DNA from: an uncultured delta proteobacterium | GTDB lineage: Bacteria; Desulfobacterota; Syntrophia; Syntrophales; Smithellaceae | DNA: 64,000 bases | Assembly (NCBI GenBank): GCA_963753975.1 | Contig: CAVWEH010000001.1 | Location: 96,001 to 160,000, forward strand | Direction of reading: 5' to 3' | Part shown: in pieces, positions 44,023-54,554 of the stretch | Numbering within the stretch: position 1 is the stretch's first letter | Layout: each line of letters starts with the position of its first letter | Notes under the pieces: generated by a model | The model's input: the letters and a program-made list of their open reading frames with translations, nothing else | What the model was told of the DNA's origin: nothing | Database searches by the model: none | Made by a program: the position numbers and the translations under genes

Positions 44023-44703
44023 TTACCGGGTAATGAATTTTCCACTGGCCGCCAGATACTTCATGGTTCTGGAAGCGGCAAATGCCGTGGACTTATTTCT
44101 TTCCATGAGATTAATCAAATCATCGCGGGCATCGACATCATGCCATTCCGGGAGAATTTCAGTCCGCTGCCCGCAGGCCTGTAAAATTTTCAACGTTTCC
44201 GAAAAAACGGCAGTTGTGCTCCACGGCAGATTGGAAAAAATATCCGGCAGAAACGTTTCGGTTTTCAGCCCGATCAGATAATAACCGCCGTCGGCCGCGG
44301 GGCCGATCACTGCATCGCCGGGACTATCTAATAGGGCAAAGGCATCTTCGATTATTTTCAGAGGCAGGTCCGGGAAGTCACTACCGATCAGTACTGCGGA
44401 CTTAAAGCCAACGGAGAAACAATCAACAAAAGCGTTTTTCATCCTTTCACCAAGATCAGCACCGCGCTGCGGCCGGTATTTACGCTCTTTGCCGAACAAC
44501 TTTTTTATTTCATTTTCTCTTTCGGGGGGATCAAAATATATCCGTAACTGCCAGTCGCCTTTCATCGCGCATTCTAAAATATCAAGGGCAAAAGCTTTAT
44601 ACAAACCGGCGGCAAAATCACTATCAAAATCTTTGGCCAGCCGTGATTTCACCTGTCCCGGCTGCGGATATTTGACAAAGATTATCAGGCATCTACTCTG
44701 CAT
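44023..44703 (-). CDS. TIGR04282-family glycosyltransferase-like protein (DUF2064)
   Basis: FVKYPQPGQVKSRL, QRGADLGERM, IGSDFP, GPAADGGYYLIG, DVD...DL. Confidence 0.9.
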   Translation of the reverse strand: MQSRCLIIFVKYPQPGQVKSRLAKDFDSDFAAGLYKAFALDILECAMKGDWQLRIYFDPPERENEIKKLFGKERKYRPQRGADLGERMKNAFVDCFSVGFKSAVLIGSDFPDLPLKIIEDAFALLDSPGDAVIGPAADGGYYLIGLKTETFLPDIFSNLPWSTTAVFSETLKILQACGQRTEILPEWHDVDARDDLINLMERNKSTAFAASRTMKYLAASGKFITR

Positions 44704-45527
44704 CACTGACTCTTTTTGGATAAGAAAAAGGCATCGACAACATAGAAGACAATTTTAGGGAACGATCGTCATGATAGCCGTTCAGGCCTATTCTCATTTT
44801 GTCATGACCTTCTTGAGGTTGCGCTTTGTAAGTTCCCAGAATTCTGTCCCACCACGGAAAACTAAAACCATAGTTGCTGTTTGTCTCCCGCGCAATCACG
44901 GAATGATGCACCCGGTGCATATCCGGTGTCACCAAAACCATCCTGATAATGCGGTCAACGGATAGAGGGATTCTGACATTACCGTGATTGAACATCGCTG
45001 CGCCGTTCAGCATAATTTCGAAGATCAGGACGGATAGAGGCGGAGCGCCGATTACCGCCACAGCGGCAAACTTAATCAGCAGCGATAATATTATTTCCAG
45101 AGGATGGAAACGCACTGCCGTGGTCACGTCAATATCCTGGTCTGTGTGGTGCACCATATGGACACGCCAGAATAAAGGTACAACGTGGAACATCCTGTGC
45201 TGAAGGTAAATGACAAAATCAAGCACCAATACACCGGTGATCAGCGCCGGCAACGGCGCTATCTGATAGTAATTTAGTAATCCCCAGCCTCTTTGTGCGC
45301 AGATAAAAGCGATTCCAACAGGAAATAGCGGAAAAATTAAACGCAATAGAACGACATCGATTATCTGCATTCCCAGATTGCTGATCCAGCGCTTCGTCTT
45401 GGATTTTAAGCAGCATTCGCCGCGGCGCAATTTTCTCGCTAAGCGCCACAGCAGAAAATATTGCGGCAAAAAACCCCAGGCGCACTAATGTTTCAGGCGA
45501 AATAAAATTCGAAGCTGCATCTATCAT
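44693..45527 (-). CDS. Sterol desaturase / fatty-acid hydroxylase family protein (one +1 frameshift at about 45404-45410)
   Basis: HRMFH, HMVHH, RFHPLE, HRVHH, NYG His boxes; the N-terminal SEKIAPRR lies in the adjacent frame. Confidence 0.88.
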
Positions 45528-45546
45528 GGGGAGGCATTTTCCGCCA

Positions 45547-46652
45547 TCATTTTTTAGGAGAGAATAATTTCAAATATTTTCCGTAGCCTTCTTTTTCCAG
45601 ATCCTCTTTGGGAACAAAACGCAGAGCCGCGGAATTCATGCAATAGCGTAAACCTGTCGGAGGCGGGCCATCCGGAAAAACATGACCTAAATGATAATCG
45701 GCTTCTTTGCTTCTCACTTCGGTGCGCGTGGTAAAAAAGCCCCGATCTTCTTTCTCGACAATATTTCCGGGCTCCAGCGGTTTGGTAAAACTGGGCCAGC
45801 CGGTGCCGGAATCAAATTTATCCAAGGAACTGAATAAGCGGTTCACCGGACACAATATCCACATATATGCCTTCTCTTTTGTTATCGTCATATTCATTTT
45901 TAAAAGGCGGTTCGGTGCCGTTTTTCTGCGTAACTTCATATTGTATTTTGGTGAGTTTTTTCCTCAGGGTCGCATCATCCGGTTTAATGAATTTTCCCTG
46001 GCCGGGAAGCTCGAGGCCTGTCTCATTTCCCCATAATTTTTTTACGGTTTGATCACGGCCGGAACCGATAACGGTAGTAATTATAACGCACGGGATTTTT
46101 GGTATGATAATTCTGATGATATTCTTCTGCCGGATAAAATTTAGTCAATTTAATTAAATCCGTGACGACCGGTTTCCCGAGTTTGCCTGATTTTTCCAGA
46201 GCCTGTTTTGATTTTTCGGCAATCTGCTTTTGCTCATCGTCCTGATAAAATATGGCGCTGCGGTATTGAGGACCTCGGTCGACAAATTGTCCGCCTCCGT
46301 CCGTTGGATCAATATGGTGCCAGAAGTAATTTAAAAGTTGTTCATAGGTGATTACCTGGGGATCATAATAAACCTGCACGGCTTCAATGTAACCCATCTC
46401 CGCATACGTTTCATAGGTCGGATTTTCCCCTTTCCCTCCGGCATAACCGGATACTACTTTTATTACACCGGGAACCTTTTCAAAATCAGACTCCACGCAC
46501 CAAAAACAACCCCCGGCCAGCGTGGCAATATTTTCAGATGTTATTTCATTTTTTTTTGTCATTTTTGATTTTCCCTCCGTTTGCTCGGTATTACCGCTTT
46601 GACAACCTAATATAAAACTGAACATTATTATATACATAAGTAACTTTTTCAT
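45547..46652 (-). CDS. msrAB: Bifunctional methionine sulfoxide reductase MsrA/MsrB lipoprotein (two +1 frameshifts near 46067 and 45838)
   Basis: Lipobox [18 protein letters not shown]; intermediate frame reads GSGRDQ...[14 protein letters not shown]...VDIVSGEP; then [23 protein letters not shown]. Confidence 0.92.
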
Positions 46653-46834
46653 TTTTGCCTCTCCTTTTAAGGAAATTAAATGCCAATATTAAAATTGTAA
46701 CGATGATCCGGCGATTGTCAAACACGCTTATACAATAATTAAATTAAGTACACAGGGAGTAGATAATTTGATTGAATAATGAAGCGGGAAAATAGTATAA
46801 AACTTGACACTGCCGGTACTACCAAGGAGCTTAT

Positions 46835-47557
46835 ATGGCTTCGGAAGCTTTCGCTGGGAAAAAGAAAAATAATTTGTGGCGGCCGATTATATTCATCGTC
46901 TTGCTTATGGCAGCAATTATCCTGCTTAGGCTTTGGGGAGTGGGAGAAAAGCTTACCGATCTTCGTGCCTGGATTTCCAGCCTTGGCTCCTGGGGGCCGT
47001 TAGTTTTCGTATTGATTTATATCATTGCTGTTGTCCTGGCTCTACCCGGTTCCGCCATAACCATTGCCGGAGGAGCGCTTTTCGGATCAGTTTGGGGTGT
47101 CGTACTGGTCAGCATCGCCTCGACAATAGGAGCAAGCATCGCCTTTTTAATTTCCCGTTATCTGGCGAGAGACTTTATTGTGCGTAAATTTTCGCAAAAT
47201 GAAAAATTCAACAAGTTGGATCATCTGACGAAGGAACATGGCGCAATAATTGTAGCAATAACGCGCCTGGTGCCTCTTTTTCCTTTTAATTTTCTTAATT
47301 ACGGTTTTGGCCTTACCGGTGTGCGTTTCTGGACATACGTTTTTTGGTCGTGGCTGTGCATGCTGCCCGGCACTGTTTTGTACGTAGTCGGCACGGATGC
47401 AATCATTAGTGGTTTGGCAGAGGGGAAGATTCCCTGGCTCTTGGTTTTAGTGCTTTTGCTTGCCGCAATTATCCTGGCTTTTCTTGTCTATTTGGCCAGA
47501 AGGAAGCTGTCTGCTGGAAAAGAAAAATATTCCGGCAATAATGATAAAAGTAAATAA
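46835..47557 (+). CDS. TVP38/TMEM64 (DedA-like) membrane protein
   Basis: LPGS..T..GG.LFG, AFLISRYL, TRLVPLFPFNFLNY.FGLT. Confidence 0.92.
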   Translation: MASEAFAGKKKNNLWRPIIFIVLLMAAIILLRLWGVGEKLTDLRAWISSLGSWGPLVFVLIYIIAVVLALPGSAITIAGGALFGSVWGVVLVSIASTIGASIAFLISRYLARDFIVRKFSQNEKFNKLDHLTKEHGAIIVAITRLVPLFPFNFLNYGFGLTGVRFWTYVFWSWLCMLPGTVLYVVGTDAIISGLAEGKIPWLLVLVLLLAAIILAFLVYLARRKLSAGKEKYSGNNDKSK

Positions 47558-47572
47558 TTATTGGGCAGAAGA

Positions 47573-48259
47573 TTACCTATAAAACTTTGCCAGGGTTTCC
47601 GGCTTTGCTCCCAGCAAATAAAGCGTTAGCAAAAACCAGTTTCTGAGAGTACAAAAAACAATACCTTCGGTTTCCCAACGCCGGGGTGATGTCTTAATTT
47701 TATCTTTTAGAATATTTATTTTTCCCCGCCTCCGCTTGATTCTCCGCATTAGTTCGACATCTTCCATGATCGGAATATCCTTAAATCCACCCAATCCTTG
47801 AAAATAATCCCGCCGGATAAAGATAGCCTGATCGCCATAGGGAATGCGCGTTAGACGGGAGCGCCAGGAAGCCATTTTTTCAATGACACGGAAAGAAAAT
47901 CGTTCTGAATCAATACCCAGATTAAAGGCACCGCCGATAAAGGTTTTATCTTCCATGGCTGTGGCAATAAGGTGCAGGGAATTCATAGGCAGGCGGGTAT
48001 CGGCATGCAGAAATATCAATATATCGCCGGAAGCTTCAGCGGCTCCGGAATTTAGCTGATTTCCCCGTCCTTTTGTCGAGACGATTTTTTTTACATCAGT
48101 GTTTTTGATTTCTTTTAATGTACTTGCTGCGGGCTCACCATCCACAACAATAATTTCCGTGTCCGCCGAATCTTGCAGGCTTTTAATATGATCAATAGCG
48201 AGTTTGATCATCGGATTTTCCCGATAAACCGGAATAATGAATGAGAATTTATCACTCAC
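47573..48259 (-). CDS. TIGR04283-family GT2 glycosyltransferase
   Basis: FSFIIPV, GRGNQLNSGA, FLHADTRL, PYGDQ, IMED, TSPRRW; GTG start at 48259 behind AAAGGA. Confidence 0.9.
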   Translation of the reverse strand: MSDKFSFIIPVYRENPMIKLAIDHIKSLQDSADTEIIVVDGEPAASTLKEIKNTDVKKIVSTKGRGNQLNSGAAEASGDILIFLHADTRLPMNSLHLIATAMEDKTFIGGAFNLGIDSERFSFRVIEKMASWRSRLTRIPYGDQAIFIRRDYFQGLGGFKDIPIMEDVELMRRIKRRRGKINILKDKIKTSPRRWETEGIVFCTLRNWFLLTLYLLGAKPETLAKFYR

Positions 48260-48480
48260 TAATTTCAATCGTCCTTTTTGCGCAGGCACTCGGCAACGTT
48301 AAATGTAACTACAAACGAATGTGCGAAGCCTGAAGATGGTCACCCAACCTCAATATTGATATAATGCGAAGGCGATGGTTAGTCAAGTCACAATGGGTCA
48401 CGGTGCAAGGTTTGAAGAGCGGGGCGCAAGCCTGGCAGGCTACCCCGTCGTATGCAGGGAAGGCTGGAGGCAAGATATCA

Positions 48481-48509
48481 TTGACACCCAACCCGATATT
48501 GCCTATACT
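48481..48509 (+). promoter_or_regulatory. Putative sigma70 promoter of the kinase gene
   Basis: TTGACA-17 nt-TATACT. Confidence 0.65.
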
Positions 48510-48590
48510 TTCGTGCGTCCGAACCCGAATCATTTAGTAAATTTCTTCCGGAGTTCTGATAATTTCGAGACAATTGGAAAGGCCTTATGT

Positions 48591-49508
48591 ATGAACATTA
48601 TTGTTTCGGGATCAATGGCCTATGACCGGATTATGGATTTCCCCGGATATTTCGCTGATCACATCCTGCCCGATAAGATCCATGTTTTAAACGTCTGTTT
48701 CCAGGTGAATAGTATGAGGGAAGAATACGGCGGCACAGCGGGTAATATTGCCTATTCGCTGACGCTCATGGGGGAGAAGCCCCTCATCTGCGCCACAATC
48801 GGCCATGACTATCAAAAGTATTACGAACGGCTGGCAAAAAACTCCATATCTACTAAATACATCAAAATCATTCCCGAAGAATTTACGGCCGGCGCCTATA
48901 TTACGACCGACCGCGCCGACAACCAAATCACCGGATTTAATCCCGGAGCCATGAAATATCGCACGGAATTGGACTTGCACAAATTCCGTCCCGAAGAAAC
49001 CATTGTGATCGTCTCACCGGGCAATTTTGAGGACATGGTTAACTATCCGCGCGCCTGCAAAGAAAGAAGTATCGATTATATACTTGACCCCGGGCAGTCT
49101 CTGCCCATGTGGAATACAAAGAACCTGATCGAGGCAATCGAAGGATGCCGGATTTTGATCGTCAATGACTATGAACTGGAACTGATCATAAACAAAACCG
49201 GGTTGAAGAAGAATGCTCTACGTGATCTGGCCGGGACGATCATCACCACGCTGGGTGAGTTGGGTTCGCAGGTCTCCACGCGAGATCGTGAAATTAGTAT
49301 TCCCGCCTTCAAGGTAAAGAAGGTGGTGGACCCGACAGGCGCCGGAGATGCTTACCGGGGCGGGCTCGTCAGCGGTCTGGTTTGCGGCAAAGATATTGAA
49401 CAATGCGCACGGATGGGAAGCGTCTGCGCTTCCTTTGCCATAGAATCCTACGGCACTCAGGAATATAACTTTACCATGGAAGAATTCAACAAGAGAATCA
49501 ACGGCTGA
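48591..49508 (+). CDS. PfkB-family carbohydrate/nucleoside (adenosine-kinase-like) kinase
   Basis: GSMAYDRIM, GGTAGNIAY, DPTGAGDAYRGG; start reassigned to ATG at 48591. Confidence 0.92.
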   Translation: MNIIVSGSMAYDRIMDFPGYFADHILPDKIHVLNVCFQVNSMREEYGGTAGNIAYSLTLMGEKPLICATIGHDYQKYYERLAKNSISTKYIKIIPEEFTAGAYITTDRADNQITGFNPGAMKYRTELDLHKFRPEETIVIVSPGNFEDMVNYPRACKERSIDYILDPGQSLPMWNTKNLIEAIEGCRILIVNDYELELIINKTGLKKNALRDLAGTIITTLGELGSQVSTRDREISIPAFKVKKVVDPTGAGDAYRGGLVSGLVCGKDIEQCARMGSVCASFAIESYGTQEYNFTMEEFNKRING

Positions 49509-49577
49509 TTGAAATTACTGCGGGCAGTTTCCTCAATCTGAAACTAACTATTATACTGTTGCCAGTGGGACAAAAAA

Positions 49578-50899
49578 ATGAAAACATCCCCTAACTTTTC
49601 CATTAACTATAATATCCTCTCGGAAAGAGCACTGCAGAACGCCCTGCAAAACGTGCCGGCCTATAAGAGTTGGCGGGCATTTGATCCCGGCGCATCGGCT
49701 TCTATTGACAGGCGTTTTCGTGCGCTGCCGACAATTTCCAAAAAAGACTTAAGAGAACGTACCTGGCGCAATTTTATTCCCGCAGGCATGGATGTAGATA
49801 GCGCACTGAAGACGGGCATAATAGAAATCGTCCAAACGAGCGGCACAACTGCCGAGCAGGTTTTAAATGTTTGGTATCAGTCCTGGTGGGATGCGGCCGA
49901 GGCGGCGTCCTGGCAATACAACATCCATACGGCGGCATTAAAATCTGGGTAAACACCGGGAAGCAATTCTTACCAGTCCCATGAATACCGGCATTTTGGC
50001 TAAAAATGGTTTGCTGACAATGGAGGAACGCTCTTGCGGCCGTTTTCTCTATCTTAATGAAAAAATCAATCCGTCATTATGGGACGATCAACTGTTCGAG
50101 CGCATCATTAGGGAGCTGGAAATCTTTCAACCGGTTGTGTTGGAAGCAAACCCCTCCTATCTGGCCAAAGTCGCCCGCTTCGCTTACAAACATAACCTCA
50201 GTGTCTTTCAGCCGCCGGTGATTATTTTTAGTTATGAAAATCCGGGCATTTTAGCCAGAAAACATATCCGCCAAAGTTTTTCATTCTCCTTTAGTCAGTT
50301 CCTACGGCTCGACCGAAGCGGGATATGTATTAATGGAATGTGAACAGGGGAAGCTCCATCAGGTTTCCGATTCGTGCCGGATCGATATAGAATTCATGCG
50401 TCCGGAATACGGATATCCTCATGTCGGAAGATTGCTGCTGACCACACTGACCAATCCCTGGCGATCATTAGTCAGATTTGATGTGGGCGATCTGGTGCAG
50501 ATCGATCCCACAGGCATTTGTGAATGCGGCCGCAATGACGGATATATCTGTAAGGAAATTGTCGGGCGAACGGCTGATCTCACCTATACAACAGATAATT
50601 ATCCTGTAACCACGGCGATGGTCGAATCCATCATCAGTAAAGTGGAATCTGTTGCCGAATATCAAGTATTGCAAAGTGAAGGTATTTACAATGTCCATAT
50701 AGTTCTGGAGGAAGCTGACGCTGCTTCTCACATGCTTAAAGAGGAAATAATTGAAGGATTATTGCCATTGTATGGACGGGATGCTGTTATCAACGTGCAT
50801 TTTGTAAAGGAGATTGAAACCGAACCATCCGGTAAATATAGATTAACGCGTTCGGACGTGCCGGTGAATATGGAAGAGCTCTTTGGGAAAGGAAACTGA
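49578..50899 (+). CDS. Phenylacetate-CoA ligase / coenzyme F390 synthetase-like adenylating enzyme (two +1 frameshifts near 49942 and 50274)
   Basis: LPTISKKDLR, QTSGTT, SSYGSTEAG (in the shifted frame), TTLTN...VRFDVGD, GRTAD, SGKYR. Confidence 0.8.
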
Positions 50900-51570
50900 T
50901 GATGGGGCCAGCCCCTATAATCCTTATCAGTGGTGGACCAAACTCTAACAGCACTACTCTTATTGCCGAAGCACTGGCGCTCAGCAAAATAGAAAAACCT
51001 GTCATTGCCTATATCGGCGCGGCAAGCTCCGACAATAAAGAGTTTTTCTCTATGTTGAGGCGAATGCTTATATCTGCAGGGGCGGATAAAGTCACTCTAG
51101 TTCCCATTGTTAAGGGCTTTGACCGGAAAAAGGCAGAAAGCATTTTATCGTCCGGCGATTTGGTTTTTATCAGTGGTGGTGATGTAAAAGCCGGAATGGA
51201 ATATTTGGAGAAGCGAAATCTGGTGCCATTTCTGAGGAAGCTCTACGAAGCAGGGAAACCTTTTTTCGGTATTTCTGCCGGAGCCATAATGCTGTGCCGC
51301 AACTGGATATACTGGCGCAATCCGGCTGATGATTCATCGGCAAAATCTTTCCCCTGTCTCGGCTTGGCGCCGGTTTTGTGCGATACACATGCGGAAGATG
51401 AAGGCTGGAATGAACTCCGGACATTGCTTGGCCTTTGCCCGGAGGGAACAATTGGATACGGCATTCCTGCGGGCGGCGCGCTGCGGGTTGCCCCAGACGG
51501 TAAAATCACATCCATCGGTTCTGCCCCGGCACGATTTATCAAAAAAGGTGCGGACATAATAATTGTTTGA
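50899..51570 (+). CDS. Peptidase S51 / class I glutamine-amidotransferase-like protein
   Basis: YIGAAS, FISGGD, GISAGA nucleophile elbow, DTH. Confidence 0.85.
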   Translation: MMGPAPIILISGGPNSNSTTLIAEALALSKIEKPVIAYIGAASSDNKEFFSMLRRMLISAGADKVTLVPIVKGFDRKKAESILSSGDLVFISGGDVKAGMEYLEKRNLVPFLRKLYEAGKPFFGISAGAIMLCRNWIYWRNPADDSSAKSFPCLGLAPVLCDTHAEDEGWNELRTLLGLCPEGTIGYGIPAGGALRVAPDGKITSIGSAPARFIKKGADIIIV

Positions 51571-51633
51571 TTTTTATAAAAAACGGGCTTAAATCAATGA
51601 CACTCGCTGACTATAGGAAGCGTTAGTGGAATC

Positions 51634-51781
51634 AATGAAACTCAGATATTTCAAGCGCAGTACAGAAATATCTGTTAGCTGAATTGATCTTACTAAAGGT
51701 GGGGTTGATCCCGAAAGCGAAGCTATTCGGGATCTCTCCGGGATATATTCTCCAAAGCTTGCTTTGGGGTTCATACCCGTG
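51634..51781 (+). repeat. Modular palindromic intergenic repeat, short copy
   Basis: Shares three collinear blocks with 56319-56616; contains hairpins at 51643-51674, 51707-51734 and a terminal one. Confidence 0.75.
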
Positions 51782-51811
51782 GTTACGTATATTAATTTGT
51801 TAGGTGAGAAT

Positions 51812-52303
51812 ATGGATAAAGTAGAAATTAAGCTTTCAGCAGAACAATACAAAATATTGATCAAATTACTATATTTTGCTGATTATTGGGCTAATAGTGG
51901 TTTTATGTCTGAATTTAAAAACACTAATGATAGGAATAAAATTTTTAATCTTTTAACTAAAATATACGGATGTGGCGATAAAATAAATCTGCCTAAATCT
52001 ATTACGTCAATCATGACTCGAGAATTACCTTTCTCTAATAAAGAGTCTACTCGCTTTATGAGGCAGGTAGAGTCTGATCTTGAAGATATTGCTCGAAATA
52101 TTTTTGCACGTGCTTTTGCTGAACAAGATTTAAAAAAGCTGCTTGCTGCATTTGGTAATGATGACATAGAATTTGACATATTAAAACGTGAATTAATTCA
52201 GAAAAAAGCACAAATTTATATAAAGGAATTTGAAAATAACGGAATAAAAAATTTAAGATTTAAAATGTTTTACAAATTAAAAAATAATGAAAGCAATACT
52301 TAA
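51812..52303 (+). CDS. AT-rich hypothetical protein, gene-cassette-like
   Basis: ATG at 51812 just after GTTAGGT; stop codon lies inside ACTTAAC. Confidence 0.7.
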   Translation: MDKVEIKLSAEQYKILIKLLYFADYWANSGFMSEFKNTNDRNKIFNLLTKIYGCGDKINLPKSITSIMTRELPFSNKESTRFMRQVESDLEDIARNIFARAFAEQDLKKLLAAFGNDDIEFDILKRELIQKKAQIYIKEFENNGIKNLRFKMFYKLKNNESNT

Positions 52304-52356
52304 CCACGGCTCGCAACGGATCGCTGGAGACGCCCACTGAAGCCATATAATATAAG
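52298..52356 (+). mobile_element. Degenerate attC-like site
   Basis: RYYYAAC (ACTTAAC) overlaps the stop codon; GGCTCGCA...TGAAGCC imperfect arms; no intact 3' GTTRRRY. Confidence 0.45.
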
Positions 52357-52367
52357 GGGAAATAAAA

Positions 52368-52625
52368 ATGATAAAACTAAAAAAGCGTTTACTCCAGGGC
52401 GAGGCTCTTCTTAAAAGGGCAGATGAGCTTGGAGTCTCACAACATGGCCTGTGTACAGAAAAACTCGGCAATATTAATGAAGCAATTCTCCAGCAACGAG
52501 TAATTGAAGCAGAACGACAACAAAGAGAACATAGATTATGGCTAATTGCTGTTATTTCAGCGATTGCTTCTGCCTTTAGCGCTCTTGCTGCTTGGTTTGC
52601 CGTTTTTTCTAAATGCGGTTCTTGA
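52368..52625 (+). CDS. Hypothetical protein with C-terminal TM helix
   Basis: 85-aa ORF, AAGGGGA upstream. Confidence 0.65.
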   Translation: MIKLKKRLLQGEALLKRADELGVSQHGLCTEKLGNINEAILQQRVIEAERQQREHRLWLIAVISAIASAFSALAAWFAVFSKCGS

Positions 52626-52637
52626 GAGGTGAGCCCA

Positions 52638-52958
52638 ATGAACTATCTGTATTTATTTTTATCAGTTGCTTTTAACGTGGCATCTTATCTGGTTTATAAA
52701 AGCATTGCTCAAAAACAACATGATTTTAGCTGGCAGGTCTTTTTTATCTTTGGCTTGATCCTCGGTGCCATCAATGTTTATTTGTTCATCAAAGCGCTCC
52801 AGAGTATAAATTTAAGCATTGCCTATCCAATATTTTCCGGCGCTTGTCTGGCTTTAATGATGATTTTGTCTCACTTTATTTTTGGAGAAAAGATAAGCGG
52901 CCTTAATATTCTCGGCACGGTTGTTATTTTTGTGGGGATTGTTTTGTTGTCTTACTAA
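52638..52958 (+). CDS. SMR/DMT-family small transporter
   Basis: Four TM helices, LSIAYP, FGEKIS...G. Confidence 0.85.
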   Translation: MNYLYLFLSVAFNVASYLVYKSIAQKQHDFSWQVFFIFGLILGAINVYLFIKALQSINLSIAYPIFSGACLALMMILSHFIFGEKISGLNILGTVVIFVGIVLLSY

Positions 52959-53090
52959 TTCTCATACCAATTCGCTTTCTTTGGCTAACTTTGTTGGCAT
53001 CGTCGTCGGCTTCCTCAACGTATGTACAATACGTCTCCGGCGCCTCCTCCTTGCCGCCTCGTTATCCTTTGAAATCGAAATGGTATTGCA

Positions 53091-53684
53091 TCAATCTCCA
53101 CTAGACGTAGTCGGATTACTGCCGCTCCAGTATTTGATAATATTTTTTCTGTGATTGAATAAAATAAGTAGAAATGTTGCGAGAGCGCCGGATATTGCAA
53201 TTAATCTCCAATGCGCGGAATGGGCCTCTCCTAAGGCCAAAACAAAAACCATGAAAAATGAAGCAATAAAAGTAATCCGGCCGATCCCGTAGAGAACGAC
53301 CCAGATTGCCGCGGCAAGGAGAGCCGCCCACGGCGCGATAAGGGCTGTAAAACCTAAATAGTTAGCTACACCTTTACCGCCGCGAAAACCATGAAAGCAA
53401 GGGAAGCTATTTCCCAAAACAAGAAAAAAGCCAGCCCAGGGGAGCAAATGCGTTTTTAAAAAATAGCTCGCTATAACCGCGACCGCCAGAGCCCGGCCGA
53501 TATCCAATAAAAAAACAACCATCGCCCAGATAAATCCTGCCTGGCGGTAAACGTTTGTGGTTCCCGCGTTGCCGCTGAAGCTCAGGCGAGGGTCTTCTTT
53601 ACCGGTTAGTTTAAAAAAAATAATAGCGAAATTTATAGAACCGGCAAGATAAGCAAAAAGATAAATTAAAAATGTTTTTCCCAT
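53091..53684 (-). CDS. plsY: PlsY-family glycerol-3-phosphate acyltransferase
   Basis: AYLAGSI, SGNAGTTNV.R, F.GGKGVA, HRKNI. Confidence 0.85.
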   Translation of the reverse strand: MGKTFLIYLFAYLAGSINFAIIFFKLTGKEDPRLSFSGNAGTTNVYRQAGFIWAMVVFLLDIGRALAVAVIASYFLKTHLLPWAGFFLVLGNSFPCFHGFRGGKGVANYLGFTALIAPWAALLAAAIWVVLYGIGRITFIASFFMVFVLALGEAHSAHWRLIAISGALATFLLILFNHRKNIIKYWSGSNPTTSSGD

Positions 53685-53687
53685 TGG

Positions 53688-54554
53688 TTAAATTTCTGCC
53701 TTAATCCAATCCGGCGGATGCAGGCGGCCCTGAGTTACGTCCCTCATTTTAATGCCGCTAATGATTTCATAAATAACACCATTTAAATCATAAATCCAGG
53801 CATCAAATATTAGCGGCTCGTGATTAATATCCACCGGCACAATCCGGCCAAGATAACTGCCTTTCTTTTTTGTCTTTTGATAAATAACTCTTCTTTCAAA
53901 ACCTGTGGGAAAGGGGACAATGCCGTTGAAGCGTTGTCCCCAAACACAAGCCGCATGCATTGCCGCATCCAGTGGAAACGGCGAACCAAGCAAATTTTCA
54001 TCGGCCTCGTAATTCCCGCCGGAAAGATAAGCCAAAGCGCCCTCCGGTGAAACTGCTAAATCACCGGTGATGTTTTGATAAGCCGTTCCGAAAGGCACTA
54101 GTTCACGGTAAATCGTGGCCGCAGGTACGCTGATGCATTTTCCATTGAGCTTTTCCACAATCCGAAAAGGAGATGCAGGGCAGGGGGAGGTATCGGCAGT
54201 GGCAAATTCCACACGGGCATGTTCGAGGGCGCGGCTGATTGCGCTTTTTTTTGATTTTATCGAAGTTAAAAGCACGGCGGTAATATTACCATCACCGGCA
54301 TCTTCTATATCGACAAATATCTCTAAGCGCTTTGTCTCCGGGGGAATGATTAAAAAGCGGGGAAAGCGCGCCTTGAACAACCAGTTGATACTCATCTGCG
54401 GGAAATTAAGCTGAACAACATTAGCCAAAGCGATTAATGTTTCCACCGCGGGCAGAATCACCTTTCCTTCGAAATAGTGATCGCGCAAATATGGAGATAT
54501 CTCAATTGCCGAAGTATAGCGGGTTTTTTTATTTATTTGGGGAACGATGTCCAT
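53688..54554 (-). CDS. Stand-alone polyketide-synthase-type (double hot-dog) dehydratase
   Basis: PYLRDHYFEGKVILPAV (HxxxGxxxxP), FGTAYQ, PLDAAMH. Confidence 0.82.
   Translation of the reverse strand: MDIVPQINKKTRYTSAIEISPYLRDHYFEGKVILPAVETLIALANVVQLNFPQMSINWLFKARFPRFLIIPPETKRLEIFVDIEDAGDGNITAVLLTSIKSKKSAISRALEHARVEFATADTSPCPASPFRIVEKLNGKCISVPAATIYRELVPFGTAYQNITGDLAVSPEGALAYLSGGNYEADENLLGSPFPLDAAMHAACVWGQRFNGIVPFPTGFERRVIYQKTKKKGSYLGRIVPVDINHEPLIFDAWIYDLNGVIYEIISGIKMRDVTQGRLHPPDWIKAEI

Noticed and set aside
45547..46652. Selenocysteine read-through at the msrA TGA (46053-46055)
   Set aside because: The continuation is in another frame and the catalytic residues are ordinary Cys; a +1 insertion explains the break.
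48290..48480. GC-richer intergenic stretch as 6S or other ncRNA, or as an N-terminal extension of the kinase
   Set aside because: I could not establish a convincing fold or motif, and a good promoter lies downstream at 48481. An Rfam scan would be needed.
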